Origin: a virus
Taxonomy: Duplodnaviria; Caudoviricetes
IMG/VR virus record: IMGVR_UViG_3300022594_000001
Direction: 5' to 3' (one strand)
DNA: 64,000 nt
In this document: one piece after another, positions 45,635 through 55,145 of the stretch
Layout: each line of letters starts with the position of its first letter
Position numbering within the stretch: the stretch's first letter is position 1
Translations under genes and position numbers: made by a program
The notes under the pieces: generated by a model
Databases searched by the model: none
What the model was told of the DNA's origin: nothing
What the model saw: only the letters and a program-made list of their open reading frames with translations

Positions 45635-46650
45635 CATATATTTTGGTTGATACAGCCAACACATTCTTTCGTGCTAGACACGTAGTTCAAGGTAATGCCG
45701 ACATTAAGCTCGGCATGGCATTCCATATTACATTTAATTCAATTAAAAAAGCGTGGCAAGACTTTGATGGGAAACATGTTGTGTTTGCATTAGAAGGTCG
45801 TTCGTGGCGTAAAGACTTTTACAAGCCTTACAAAGCACAACGAGCAGAAGCCCGTGCAGCAGCAACAGAACGCGAACAAGAAGAAGATACATTATTTTGG
45901 GAAGCCTTTGATGAATTTAAAAAGTTCATTACAGAAAAGACTAATGTAACAGTCTTACATCACCCACAACTTGAAGCAGACGATTTAATTGCTGGATTTG
46001 TACAAGCCCATCCAAATGAGAAACATGTTATCATTAGCAGCGATGGAGACTTTGCACAGTTAATTGCACCAAATGTTCAACAGTACAACGGAATTGCTGA
46101 AGTAACAACAACTCACGAAGGGTACTTTGATGCAAAAGGCAAAAGAATTAAAGATAAAAAAACAGGCGAAGATAAGCCAGCACCTAATCCAACATGGCTC
46201 TTGTTTGAAAAATGTATGCGTGGTGATACCAGTGATAATGTCTTCTCGGCGTATCCAGGTGTGCGTACTAAAGGCAGTAAAAACAAAGTGGGTCTTACTG
46301 AAGCGTTTGAAGATCGTAACAGCAAAGGATTTTCGTGGAACAATCTCATGTTGCAGAGATGGGTTGACCACAATGGTGTAGAACATCGTGTTCTAGACGA
46401 CTATCAACGCAATGTAACATTGTGCGATTTATCAGCGCAGCCGGCAGATATACGTGCATTAATTAACGAAACAATTGACACAAACGCAGTACCAAAAGAT
46501 ATTACTCAAGTAGGTATTCGTATGTTAAAATTCTGCAATACATGGGACATGAAGAAGATTGCAGACAACATACAATCGTATGCTGAACCGTTCCAAGCAA
46601 AGTACCCAGAGTCATCTGTTACTTTACGTAAACTTAACCAGGAGTATTAA
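45631..46650 (+). CDS. rnh: T4 RNase H / 5'-3' flap exonuclease
   Basis: ILVDTAN, WRKDFYKPYK, LEADDLI, SSDGDFAQL, GDTSDNV. Confidence 0.88.
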   Translation: MTYILVDTANTFFRARHVVQGNADIKLGMAFHITFNSIKKAWQDFDGKHVVFALEGRSWRKDFYKPYKAQRAEARAAATEREQEEDTLFWEAFDEFKKFITEKTNVTVLHHPQLEADDLIAGFVQAHPNEKHVIISSDGDFAQLIAPNVQQYNGIAEVTTTHEGYFDAKGKRIKDKKTGEDKPAPNPTWLLFEKCMRGDTSDNVFSAYPGVRTKGSKNKVGLTEAFEDRNSKGFSWNNLMLQRWVDHNGVEHRVLDDYQRNVTLCDLSAQPADIRALINETIDTNAVPKDITQVGIRMLKFCNTWDMKKIADNIQSYAEPFQAKYPESSVTLRKLNQEY

Positions 46651-46651
46651 A

Positions 46652-46846
46652 ATGAGTGCAATTACAGAAAAACTATCTAAAGCAAATGAAAGCTTCACTA
46701 TTAATCGTTATGATAACGGTTTTATGATTGAAGTCGGTGGTCGTGATGATAATGACGATTGGAAAAACGCTAAAGTTATTGTTGGTACTGAAGACGAACT
46801 AATCGAACTAATTAAAGAAACCCTTTCGTTACCATTGGCGGACTAA
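46652..46846 (+). CDS. hypothetical protein (start reassigned to 46652)
   Basis: AGGAG RBS, MSAITEK. Confidence 0.6.
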   Translation: MSAITEKLSKANESFTINRYDNGFMIEVGGRDDNDDWKNAKVIVGTEDELIELIKETLSLPLAD

Positions 46847-46848
46847 TT

Positions 46849-46995
46849 ATGCGTTGCAACGCTTGCGGTGAAGATACCGTTAAGAAAATCAATTGTGATT
46901 GGAGACAAGGACGGTGTCCACATCGTCCTGTTACTGATTATCATTTAAGATTTTATAATTTGTTACAATTCATCAAAGGACTATTTAAGAAATGA
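46849..46995 (+). CDS. 48-aa Cys-rich peptide (not in the ORF track)
   Basis: MRCNACGEDTVKKINCDWRQGRCPHR...; fills the gap exactly and its TGA overlaps the next ATG. Confidence 0.55.
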   Translation: MRCNACGEDTVKKINCDWRQGRCPHRPVTDYHLRFYNLLQFIKGLFKK

Positions 46996-47471
46996 CAGAG
47001 ATACACGCAAAGCCCATCGTTGATGGAAAGTTTTGGATCGTAGAAGAAGACGGCGTTAAGATTGCTACTCTTCATAAAAAAGAAAACAACAAATTTGTCT
47101 TAAGCAGCACTAATGGCGAAGTAATGTTTAACAAAAAAGATGATTTAACTAAGACATTCGGTAAAGGATTCTTTGTGTCTAATGATAAAATCATTGTTAC
47201 ACAAGCAGAACCAAATGAATGCCACGGATATCCTACTAGTTGTAAACCATATAATGCAATGTATGACGTACAGAGAAAGCTACCATTGTTTACAAAGAGT
47301 AATGCTAGCAAAAGTCTATACTGTGCAGGTTACTACACTATTAAATTTGACAAAGGTTGGGTAAGATCGTTCTGTCCTAAAGCAATTACTGTTGAACGTT
47401 ATCCATTTAAAGGTCCGTTTAAAAGTGAACTAGAAATGAAGAGTGTACTAGCAAATGCAAAATCCGATTAA
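46992..47471 (+). CDS. hypothetical protein
   Basis: 159-aa ORF. Confidence 0.65.
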   Translation: MTEIHAKPIVDGKFWIVEEDGVKIATLHKKENNKFVLSSTNGEVMFNKKDDLTKTFGKGFFVSNDKIIVTQAEPNECHGYPTSCKPYNAMYDVQRKLPLFTKSNASKSLYCAGYYTIKFDKGWVRSFCPKAITVERYPFKGPFKSELEMKSVLANAKSD

Positions 47472-47700
47472 TTTAACTCCTATAACTCAATTTATACAGT
47501 CAGTACGTAGTGCAGAACTAACACAGGCTAAAGAAGTTAAGTTATCACTACAGCAAGCAAGGTTACTAAGCCTTGCTTTAGCTGAAATACAAGATAAGCT
47601 AGTACAAGACTATGAGACTATGTTTAACGATCTTAAAAAGAGCATAGACTCAGGAGTGGTTACAGTAACAATGGACGGCGGCGGGTTCGACGACAAGTAA
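47455..47700 (+). CDS. hypothetical protein
   Basis: 81-aa ORF ending MDGGGF. Confidence 0.6.
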   Translation: MQNPINLTPITQFIQSVRSAELTQAKEVKLSLQQARLLSLALAEIQDKLVQDYETMFNDLKKSIDSGVVTVTMDGGGFDDK

Positions 47701-47707
47701 AAAGAGA

Positions 47708-47740
47708 TAAATATATGCGTATATAATCGAGGATACGCAT
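47708..47740 (+). promoter_or_regulatory. late box plus RBS-containing hairpin
   Basis: TAAATA 47708-13; ATGCGTAT (47715-22) / ATACGCAT (47733-40) stem with GAGG at the loop junction; ATG at 47742. Confidence 0.55.
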
Positions 47741-47741
47741 T

Positions 47742-48026
47742 ATGAGTCGCCCAAAGCCAGAAGTATTGTTAGAATACGTAAACAAAAAAACATACAAAGC
47801 AGAACAAGTTCTTGAAGCAGAAGCCATCTGGGCTGTCTTTTACAAAGGCGCACCTTTTAATTTAAAGAGCTTTAATAGTCTTACTAGCTATCCTGGTCCT
47901 AAATACAAGAAAGTATCATTTAGCAATCCCGGACATGCACACAACCTAGCTAAAAAACTTAATTTAACCTTTGGATGCACTGACTTCCAAGTGGTTAAAT
48001 TAACTAGCGGCACCGTAGTAGTATGA
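47742..48026 (+). CDS. hypothetical protein
   Basis: 94-aa ORF, MSRPKP. Confidence 0.65.
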   Translation: MSRPKPEVLLEYVNKKTYKAEQVLEAEAIWAVFYKGAPFNLKSFNSLTSYPGPKYKKVSFSNPGHAHNLAKKLNLTFGCTDFQVVKLTSGTVVV

Positions 48027-48421
48027 TATCACGTGATGCCTTAACAAAGATATTCCTTCAACAATGGGGTAAAAGCACCGATGATGCTAATGTTAAGATG
48101 TATTCACGTACTTGGTGGCAAACAAACCGTACAAACAAGCAAGATGCGTTCCGATTAACCGACAAAGGTTACGAATTTTTGGTTCGAGAATTGGATTTAC
48201 AGGAGTATGAAATCCCATTTACCGAGCCAATTGAGCTTAGTCCGCAGACAATTATCTTCTTAGAACGCTATGTTGACTGCCCTTATTTCCTTACAAATCA
48301 AAGCATTACAGTATTTTCTGAGAAAAAAAGCTTCGAATTGTACCTATTTTCCGACGATATCCGTAAATTTGGGCTAGTTAAAGCCATGAATGAACGACAA
48401 AAAGATCTAAATAATTCCTAA
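48023..48421 (+). CDS. hypothetical protein
   Basis: 132-aa ORF. Confidence 0.65.
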   Translation: MISRDALTKIFLQQWGKSTDDANVKMYSRTWWQTNRTNKQDAFRLTDKGYEFLVRELDLQEYEIPFTEPIELSPQTIIFLERYVDCPYFLTNQSITVFSEKKSFELYLFSDDIRKFGLVKAMNERQKDLNNS

Positions 48422-48427
48422 AAACGG

Positions 48428-48456
48428 TTGACGCACTAGTTGTTTTGCCTTATAAT
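48428..48456 (+). promoter_or_regulatory. strong sigma70-type promoter for the MoxR gene
   Basis: TTGACG-17bp-TATAAT; the -10 sits in the loop of a TGTTTTGCCT/AGGC(TAC)AAAACA repeat. Confidence 0.75.
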
Positions 48457-48500
48457 AGAGGCTACAAAACAGTTTTTCAACAACCTTTTAAGGAACTAAA

Positions 48501-49592
48501 ATGGCAGAAATTAACAGCCGCACCGTTGGCCCTAAAGATGCAAAAAAGTCTTTGCGTAAAGCGTTTAAAAATCAGCGTCCTATCTTTATTTGGGGTCCTC
48601 CAGGTATTGGTAAGTCAGACATTATTAAGCAACTTGGCGGCGAGCTAGAAGCTCATGTAATCGACGTGCGCCTTTCACTGTGGGAACCTACTGACATTAA
48701 AGGTATTCCTTACTTTGACAGCAACGACGGTACTATGCGTTGGGCACCTCCAGGCGAATTGCCAAGCAAAGAGTTTGCTGCTAACCACAAACAAATCATC
48801 TTGTTCTTGGATGAAATGAACTCAGCTGCACCATCAGTACAAGCTGCTGCATATCAATTGGTGTTGAACCGCAAAGTTGGCACATATGAGTTGCCAGCAA
48901 ACGTTGTAATTGTTGCAGCTGGTAACCGTGAGTCTGACAAAGGTGTTACATACCGTATGCCTGCTCCGTTGGCTAACCGTTTCGTTCACTTGGAAATGGC
49001 TGTTGATTGGGACGACTGGTTTGACTGGGCTACTGACAACCGCACACACAAAGACGTTGTTGGTTTCTTGACTTTCTCTAAGAAAGACTTGTACGACTTT
49101 GATCCAAAGTCTAGCTCACGTGCATTTGCTACACCACGTAGCTGGTCATTTGTTAGCGAATTGTTGCATGATGACGATACCGATCACGACACTTTGATGA
49201 ATTTGGTTACTGGTTCAGTTGGTGAGGGCTTGGCTTCTAAGTTTATGGCACACCGTAAACATGCTAGCAAGTTGCCTAACCCACGTGACATCTTGTCAGG
49301 CAAAGTTAACAAGCTGGATACTAAAGAGATTTCAGCACAGTATTCACTAGTTGTTAGCTTGTGCTACGAGTTGAAAGACTCATGCGATAAGAAAGCTAAA
49401 GACTGGAACGATCAAGTTAACTGCTTCTTCGAGTTCATGATGAAGAACTTTGAAACAGAATTGGTTATCATGGGTACTAAGTTGGCATTGTCTAGCTACA
49501 AGTTGCCGCTGGATCCAGATGAAATCAAGTGCTTTGATGATTTCCATGCTAAGTTCGGTAAGTATATTTCGGCAGCTACCGATAAAAACTAA
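48501..49592 (+). CDS. MoxR-family AAA+ ATPase
   Basis: WGPPGIGKS, LFLDEMN, AAGNR, PLANRF, TPRSW. Confidence 0.85.
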   Translation: MAEINSRTVGPKDAKKSLRKAFKNQRPIFIWGPPGIGKSDIIKQLGGELEAHVIDVRLSLWEPTDIKGIPYFDSNDGTMRWAPPGELPSKEFAANHKQIILFLDEMNSAAPSVQAAAYQLVLNRKVGTYELPANVVIVAAGNRESDKGVTYRMPAPLANRFVHLEMAVDWDDWFDWATDNRTHKDVVGFLTFSKKDLYDFDPKSSSRAFATPRSWSFVSELLHDDDTDHDTLMNLVTGSVGEGLASKFMAHRKHASKLPNPRDILSGKVNKLDTKEISAQYSLVVSLCYELKDSCDKKAKDWNDQVNCFFEFMMKNFETELVIMGTKLALSSYKLPLDPDEIKCFDDFHAKFGKYISAATDKN

Positions 49593-49608
49593 TCCAAAAT
49601 CGAACCAT

Positions 49609-49637
49609 TTGACACCACCTTCGGGTGGTGTTATAAT
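49609..49637 (+). promoter_or_regulatory. consensus sigma70 promoter whose spacer is a C(UUCG)G hairpin
   Basis: TTGACA-17bp-TATAAT; ACACCACC-TTCG-GGTGGTGT at 49612-49631. Confidence 0.8.
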
Positions 49638-49667
49638 ATATACTATAGTAAAACTTTAGGAGCAGAC

Positions 49668-50861
49668 ATGGCACACGCCGATCCAATCATTGACAAAATT
49701 ATTGTTGCACGAGTAGGTTTGCTACTGCGTCACCCGTTCTTTGGCAACCTTGCTACACGTATGCAAATCAAAGAAGGTTGGAACAGTTTGACTACTGCGG
49801 CTACTGACGGTCGTACAATTTATTTTAATCGTGAATTCTTTACACCTCTTACTAATAAACAAGTAGAGTTTGTACTTGCTCACGAAATCCTTCATGCTGT
49901 GTTTGATCATATGGGCCGTCGTGAAGGTCGTGATCCAAAAATCTTTAACATTGCATGTGACTACGCAGTTAACGGACAAATTGTTCGTGATAAAATTGGC
50001 GATCACAAACTGCCAGACATTACTATCTACCATGACACTAAGTACTACGGCATGGGTGCAGAAGAAATCTATGACGCAATTTACGAAAAGATGGATGAGC
50101 AACAATTAGCAGCACTTGGTCAAATGCTCGACGAGCATCTTGACGGAGAAGGCGATGCTGACGGAGACGATGACGGTCGTCCAAAGTACACTAAAGAAGA
50201 ACTTAAACAGATTCGCGACGAAATGCGAGAAGCTGTAATGGCTGCTGCACAAGCGGCAGGTGCAGGTAATGTTCCTGCATCAATTGCACGTATGATTAAG
50301 GATTTGACCGAGCCTAAAATGAATTGGCGTCAAATCCTTCGTCAACAAATCCAAAGTACTATCAAGAACGATTTTACATTTATGCGTCCTAACCGTAAAG
50401 GTTGGCACATGAACGCTGTTCTTCCGGGCCAGCAGTTCCAAGAAACTATTGATATCTGCATTAGCATTGACATGTCTGGTTCCATCGGTGACGACCAAGC
50501 AAAAGATTTTCTAACAGAAATCAAAGGTATCATGGACGAGTACAAAGATTTTAAAATTAAACTTTGGACTTTTGATACAAGTGTCTACGGTGAAGCCGAC
50601 TTCGATGGATTCACTATGGAAGACTTTGCCGAATACCACTGCAAAGGCGGTGGCGGTACTGACTTCGATGTTAACTGGGAATACATGAAAGAAAACAATA
50701 TTAACCCTAAAAAGTTTATTATGTTTACTGACGGGTATCCTTTTGGTAGCTGGGGTGACGAACTGTATTGCGATACTGTGTTTATTATTCACGGCAACAA
50801 CACTATTGTTCCTCCATTCGGCGAATACGCATACTACGAAGAAGTTAAAGAAAACGCATAA
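49668..50861 (+). CDS. metallopeptidase-like (HExxH) + vWA domain protein (DUF2201-like), MoxR partner
   Basis: TAATDG, LAHEILH, NIACDYAVN, MIDAS DMSGS, GGGGTDF, FTDGY. Confidence 0.82.
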   Translation: MAHADPIIDKIIVARVGLLLRHPFFGNLATRMQIKEGWNSLTTAATDGRTIYFNREFFTPLTNKQVEFVLAHEILHAVFDHMGRREGRDPKIFNIACDYAVNGQIVRDKIGDHKLPDITIYHDTKYYGMGAEEIYDAIYEKMDEQQLAALGQMLDEHLDGEGDADGDDDGRPKYTKEELKQIRDEMREAVMAAAQAAGAGNVPASIARMIKDLTEPKMNWRQILRQQIQSTIKNDFTFMRPNRKGWHMNAVLPGQQFQETIDICISIDMSGSIGDDQAKDFLTEIKGIMDEYKDFKIKLWTFDTSVYGEADFDGFTMEDFAEYHCKGGGGTDFDVNWEYMKENNINPKKFIMFTDGYPFGSWGDELYCDTVFIIHGNNTIVPPFGEYAYYEEVKENA

Positions 50862-51148
50862 TGGCTCTAAAGAATGGTAAACCAAATCCATTAAATTACT
50901 TTGATTTGAGGAGAGTGGAGTTTCCCGCTCCTCATTTCAAGTATACTAGCTTGGAAAAATACAGTCCAATGCTAGCTAAAAATTTAGATTACTGGATTAA
51001 AACTAATTTAAATCATCGTTATTACATAGGTCAAAGTATTGCGCTTGATAGTACAAACACTATCATTTACAACACTCGGATAGGGTTCGAATCAGAAAAA
51101 GAACTTAGCTTCTTCAAGATTGCCTGTCCGCACTTGCAAATGAGATAA
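50861..51148 (+). CDS. hypothetical protein
   Basis: 95-aa ORF, TAATG coupling. Confidence 0.6.
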   Translation: MALKNGKPNPLNYFDLRRVEFPAPHFKYTSLEKYSPMLAKNLDYWIKTNLNHRYYIGQSIALDSTNTIIYNTRIGFESEKELSFFKIACPHLQMR

Positions 51149-51176
51149 TTATATATGTACTTTACAAGGAGATATC

Positions 51177-51413
51177 ATGACTGAAAACGTACAAGATACT
51201 AGCACTACTACAGACGCAACTGCACCCGAACAAGCAAGTGCAGAACTTAATATTAACGACTTGAACGCAATGAAAGTTATTATTGACATTGCAAGTTCAC
51301 GTGGCGCATTTAAACCAAACGAAATGGCTGTAGTTGGACAGACTTATAACAAACTAACAACATTCTTAGATACTGTGGCTAAGCAGGCAGAAGCGTCTAA
51401 ACAAGGAGCCTAA
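51177..51413 (+). CDS. hypothetical protein
   Basis: AAGGAG RBS, 78 aa. Confidence 0.65.
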   Translation: MTENVQDTSTTTDATAPEQASAELNINDLNAMKVIIDIASSRGAFKPNEMAVVGQTYNKLTTFLDTVAKQAEASKQGA

Positions 51414-51414
51414 T

Positions 51415-52053
51415 ATGGCACAATCACTAAAACACGTAGGTAGAATGAAAGCTTCTAATAAGAAAGTATTAGTAGCATATAGAACACTACCAGGGGACGC
51501 ATATAACGCCCTTGTTATTCCAACAGAAAGTTTAACAGACGATCAACACAATGCTATTATTAATTTAGTAGAAAGCCCAGCAGCTCAAGAAGCATACGAG
51601 TTTGCAGAAGCATTAGATCGTACACAATTCCCAGATGGTAGCAGAATGTTACCTAACTTACACGGAAACGGCAGACTTGTTAAAGTCCCAACAGATCAAG
51701 TTGAAATGTTGCCTGTTCCAGGTACATCAATTTTGTTATCTGAACTAAATCAAATCATTGCTGAACAGCGTGGTATTGCAGTTGACGATTTATCTTTAAA
51801 GCCAAATGGAATGGAACGTGTTAAAGCAGAAGTTACAGAAGTTGCAACTGCTAGAGAACTGCCTAAAGAAACAGCAGATGTAGGTAAGACTACATCAGCT
51901 AGTGTAAACGAATCAGTTGAAACACAAACTACATTTGACAGCCCAGAAGCTGAAGCAAAATACTATCGTAGCCAAGCAGACAAGCTAGCAAAAGAAGCAG
52001 CAGCAATGCGTCGCAAAGCCGAGGAGTTGGTTCCTACCAAAAAGACTAAATGA
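51415..52053 (+). CDS. hypothetical protein
   Basis: 212-aa ORF. Confidence 0.7.
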   Translation: MAQSLKHVGRMKASNKKVLVAYRTLPGDAYNALVIPTESLTDDQHNAIINLVESPAAQEAYEFAEALDRTQFPDGSRMLPNLHGNGRLVKVPTDQVEMLPVPGTSILLSELNQIIAEQRGIAVDDLSLKPNGMERVKAEVTEVATARELPKETADVGKTTSASVNESVETQTTFDSPEAEAKYYRSQADKLAKEAAAMRRKAEELVPTKKTK

Positions 52054-52370
52054 CATCAACTGGGAAAACCCTTCCCAAAGAAGTCATTGAGTGTTGGCCA
52101 GAAGTGTTCGGAGAGGTAAAACTAAATGTAATGCCTCTCAAGTACCTACACGCTGTTGAAATCACTTTCAAAGATGGTAAAGTTTGGGAAATAAAAGTAA
52201 CAACAAAAACAAAAAATAGCGACTGGGATACATTTGAAAAATCACTATCAGAACTATGTAAAGCATATGAAGCAAGAATTAAAAGCATAGACTTTAAATT
52301 AGATACTGAACGTGTTAAAAAAGATATCAAACGTGGAACTGAACAATTTTTAAAAAAGAAAAAACTCTAA
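52050..52370 (+). CDS. hypothetical protein
   Basis: 106-aa ORF. Confidence 0.6.
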   Translation: MTSTGKTLPKEVIECWPEVFGEVKLNVMPLKYLHAVEITFKDGKVWEIKVTTKTKNSDWDTFEKSLSELCKAYEARIKSIDFKLDTERVKKDIKRGTEQFLKKKKL

Positions 52371-53065
52371 TGAATGTTAAACTAATATCATCAAGTAAAC
52401 CAAGTAGAGAAATGAGTAGTGAAGGTATGTACGATGTGCAAGAGCTTATTGCTTTTTGTGCCCGTGTTAGTAATCCAGCTAATCAGTTTAATACAGAAAC
52501 TAGTGAAAAACTAATTCGTTACTTAATCAAACATCAGCATTGGTCACCGTTGGAAATGGTAAGTGCATGTTTAGAAATTACAACTACTAGAGATATTGCT
52601 CGTCAAATTCTCCGTCACCGTAGTTTTAGTTTCCAAGAATTTAGTCAGCGTTATGCTGATCCAACAGCAGAACTAGATGATGCATTTGTATTACGTGAAG
52701 CACGATTCCAAGATACTAAGAATAGACAAAACAGTGTAGAACTAGATATGTCTGACGAAGCTCAGAAGCAGCTTGCTTACGAATGGGAACGTGCTCAAAA
52801 ACGTGTACTATTTGCAGTTAAGCAAGAATATGTGTGGGCTATTAAAAATGGAATTGCCAAAGAACAAGCCCGAGCAGTGTTGCCAGAGGGTCTTACTGTA
52901 AGTCGTTTGTATATGAACGGAACACTGCGTAGTTGGATTCACTTTATTGAATTACGCAGTTCTAATGGTACACAAAAAGAGCACATGGAGGTTGCCCGTG
53001 CATGTGCTCAAGTTATTGCAGAAATATTTCCTATGGCTGGTGAATTTGTTCAAACTGATTCTTAA
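52370..53065 (+). CDS. thyX: flavin-dependent thymidylate synthase
   Basis: HWSPLE, RQILRHRSFSFQEFSQRY, EQARAVLP, LRSWIHF..LR, QKEH. Confidence 0.93.
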   Translation: MNVKLISSSKPSREMSSEGMYDVQELIAFCARVSNPANQFNTETSEKLIRYLIKHQHWSPLEMVSACLEITTTRDIARQILRHRSFSFQEFSQRYADPTAELDDAFVLREARFQDTKNRQNSVELDMSDEAQKQLAYEWERAQKRVLFAVKQEYVWAIKNGIAKEQARAVLPEGLTVSRLYMNGTLRSWIHFIELRSSNGTQKEHMEVARACAQVIAEIFPMAGEFVQTDS

Positions 53066-53699
53066 GCCAATCAAAGTCATTGATTAAAGATAGTGCCGCT
53101 TTATTAGCGGCATTTTCTTGACCATAGCTACAACCTGCTAAAGCGCCGTTTAAAGCGTTTTCTGCAAAATCACCTGTCGCAGTACTAGTCCAAGTATTTA
53201 AACGCTGTAAGGACTCTGTATCGCTGTTTAAAGCTAGTTTGCAGCATTCACGGAACGCACTACGCCACGTAGTAAAAGGATCTGTATTAAATGCAGTAAT
53301 ATTACTTACTTCTTCCATTGCTTTAAATTTAGTACTAATGTTTAAAGTCATGTCTGTAGTACTAGTATCCATATTAATAGTCAACGTGCGAGGAAGCAAC
53401 TTAACACCACCATATCCGTATTCCAATCCATTAATCGGATTTTGACTGCGCCAAACATGCACTACGTCTAAATCAAAGTTATTAACTTCATGATTAAAAT
53501 TAAAAGTATCTAGTACTGCTGCGTCACCGTCAACTACCCAAAACATTTTTGTAAAACATTTTTTGGCAGCGGCTATGTGCGCTTGATGTATACCCTTAAC
53601 ACCGTCAACCCGTTTAGATAATGGGAACCGAGATTTTAGAATCTCATAATTTGCATCTGCATTAGGCTCGTTATAACTAATAAAAACTATATCGTACAT
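53031..53699 (-). CDS. GT-A-like nucleotide-sugar transferase (paralogue of the next gene)
   Basis: DIVFISYNEP, RVDGVKG, FWVVDGD (DxD), YGYGGVKL, WRSAFRE. Confidence 0.6.
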   Translation of the reverse strand: MYDIVFISYNEPNADANYEILKSRFPLSKRVDGVKGIHQAHIAAAKKCFTKMFWVVDGDAAVLDTFNFNHEVNNFDLDVVHVWRSQNPINGLEYGYGGVKLLPRTLTINMDTSTTDMTLNISTKFKAMEEVSNITAFNTDPFTTWRSAFRECCKLALNSDTESLQRLNTWTSTATGDFAENALNGALAGCSYGQENAANKAALSLINDFDWLKNQFEQIHQP

Positions 53700-54595
53700 T
53701 ATCTTTTACGTATAATTCTAGGGCTGTTACTAAACACTGTTCTAAAAAACTTGCTACCTTCTTCGTCTAGATCAGTTAGCTCTAAAGCACATTCATGTTT
53801 AAGTGTTTCACCCAATCCCATAATTTCATATGGTAACATCTTTTCTGTAACTTTACTATATTTTTCATTCCATTGATTTGTAAGCCATTCAAAATCTCGT
53901 ACATTGGCGTAATCCCAATCAGTACAATTGGTTAAGTAGGCACCTTCTCTAGCACCGTATATACTCCATTGTCCATTTGGTATGTCTGCACCAATGTTAC
54001 ACCAGATAAGTAATCTATGATAATTTTGCCACCATACCTTCTTAAGGTCGTCTACCTTTCCGCCTTGATCCAGCGACATCTTAACGCCTTCGCGGAATCC
54101 AGCTCTCCATGCTTGGAATGGACTTCCAGTAATAATGCTTTCACTATAGTTTTCATTAAACTGATAATACTTGTCATCAAAGCAAAATTCAACTAACCCT
54201 TTTGCATCGTTAGGATCACTGTTTTCATGTGTACGCATGTTGTTTACAAACTTACGTGTCCACATTTTTAATCCACCGTTGCCATACATTAATCCGTTAA
54301 CGTTAACTTTACCGCACCAGCTAAACACATGATCAGGTGTTAATCCTAGTTCATCTATGTCTACTTCTACTTCTAAGAACGCAGGATCAATAATGTTATC
54401 TGCATCTACTGTAACAAAGTATTCTGTTTCACTTAGTGCAGCGCAGGCTTTGTGAGCGGCATCACTACCTTTAACTCCATGTACACGCTTTGCCCATGGT
54501 ACCTTAGTCAGCAAGTCTGCATAATTCTTTTCAGCATTAGGTTCGTCATAACTGAGGAAAATAATGTCTTGTTCTATAACTTTAATCTTGTTCAT
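53699..54595 (-). CDS. GT-A-like nucleotide-sugar transferase
   Basis: IIFLSYDEP, RVHGVKG, FVTVDADN (DxD), YGNGGLK, WRAGFRE. Confidence 0.6.
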   Translation of the reverse strand: MNKIKVIEQDIIFLSYDEPNAEKNYADLLTKVPWAKRVHGVKGSDAAHKACAALSETEYFVTVDADNIIDPAFLEVEVDIDELGLTPDHVFSWCGKVNVNGLMYGNGGLKMWTRKFVNNMRTHENSDPNDAKGLVEFCFDDKYYQFNENYSESIITGSPFQAWRAGFREGVKMSLDQGGKVDDLKKVWWQNYHRLLIWCNIGADIPNGQWSIYGAREGAYLTNCTDWDYANVRDFEWLTNQWNEKYSKVTEKMLPYEIMGLGETLKHECALELTDLDEEGSKFFRTVFSNSPRIIRKR

Positions 54596-55145
54596 ATACT
54601 ACCTTTAATTTGTAATTCTTAAAATTCATTCTAGTTGAGATAGAAATCTTAGTTATATCTTTTTCGATTTCATGTTCAAATAGAACTCCAATATGAAAAT
54701 TACTTATTAAACTATCTGCATCTATTGTTATTGTTCTAATTAAAAAATCATGATCAGATTCTAATGTTATAAAGAGTGATAACTTAGAATTAAAAATTCC
54801 ATTAATAGTTGTTTTATAAGACGGGTCTAATTGAAAATACCAGCTTGAATTTGGTAAATTCCATTCAACAATAAATTCAGCAAACCCATCTTTGATTGTT
54901 ATTAAATCAAGTTCGTTGTTTTCAAAATTAACGCTCTGATCAATATTTGATATAATTGCAAGCTCAGATGTGCCTGCAATGTAATCAATTACAAAATCTT
55001 TAAAGTGCCATCTACCATCTAAAAATTTTTCAATTTCGTCAAAACTAACTACAATTGCATCTTGGTGCAAATCAGATAATTGATTACTAACGGAAACAAT
55101 TCCTTTTGTTTTTTTATCATAATAGACATAATACTTAGTGTCCAT
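54582..55145 (-). CDS. hypothetical protein
   Basis: 187-aa ORF inside the GT operon. Confidence 0.6.
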   Translation of the reverse strand: MDTKYYVYYDKKTKGIVSVSNQLSDLHQDAIVVSFDEIEKFLDGRWHFKDFVIDYIAGTSELAIISNIDQSVNFENNELDLITIKDGFAEFIVEWNLPNSSWYFQLDPSYKTTINGIFNSKLSLFITLESDHDFLIRTITIDADSLISNFHIGVLFEHEIEKDITKISISTRMNFKNYKLKVVYEQD

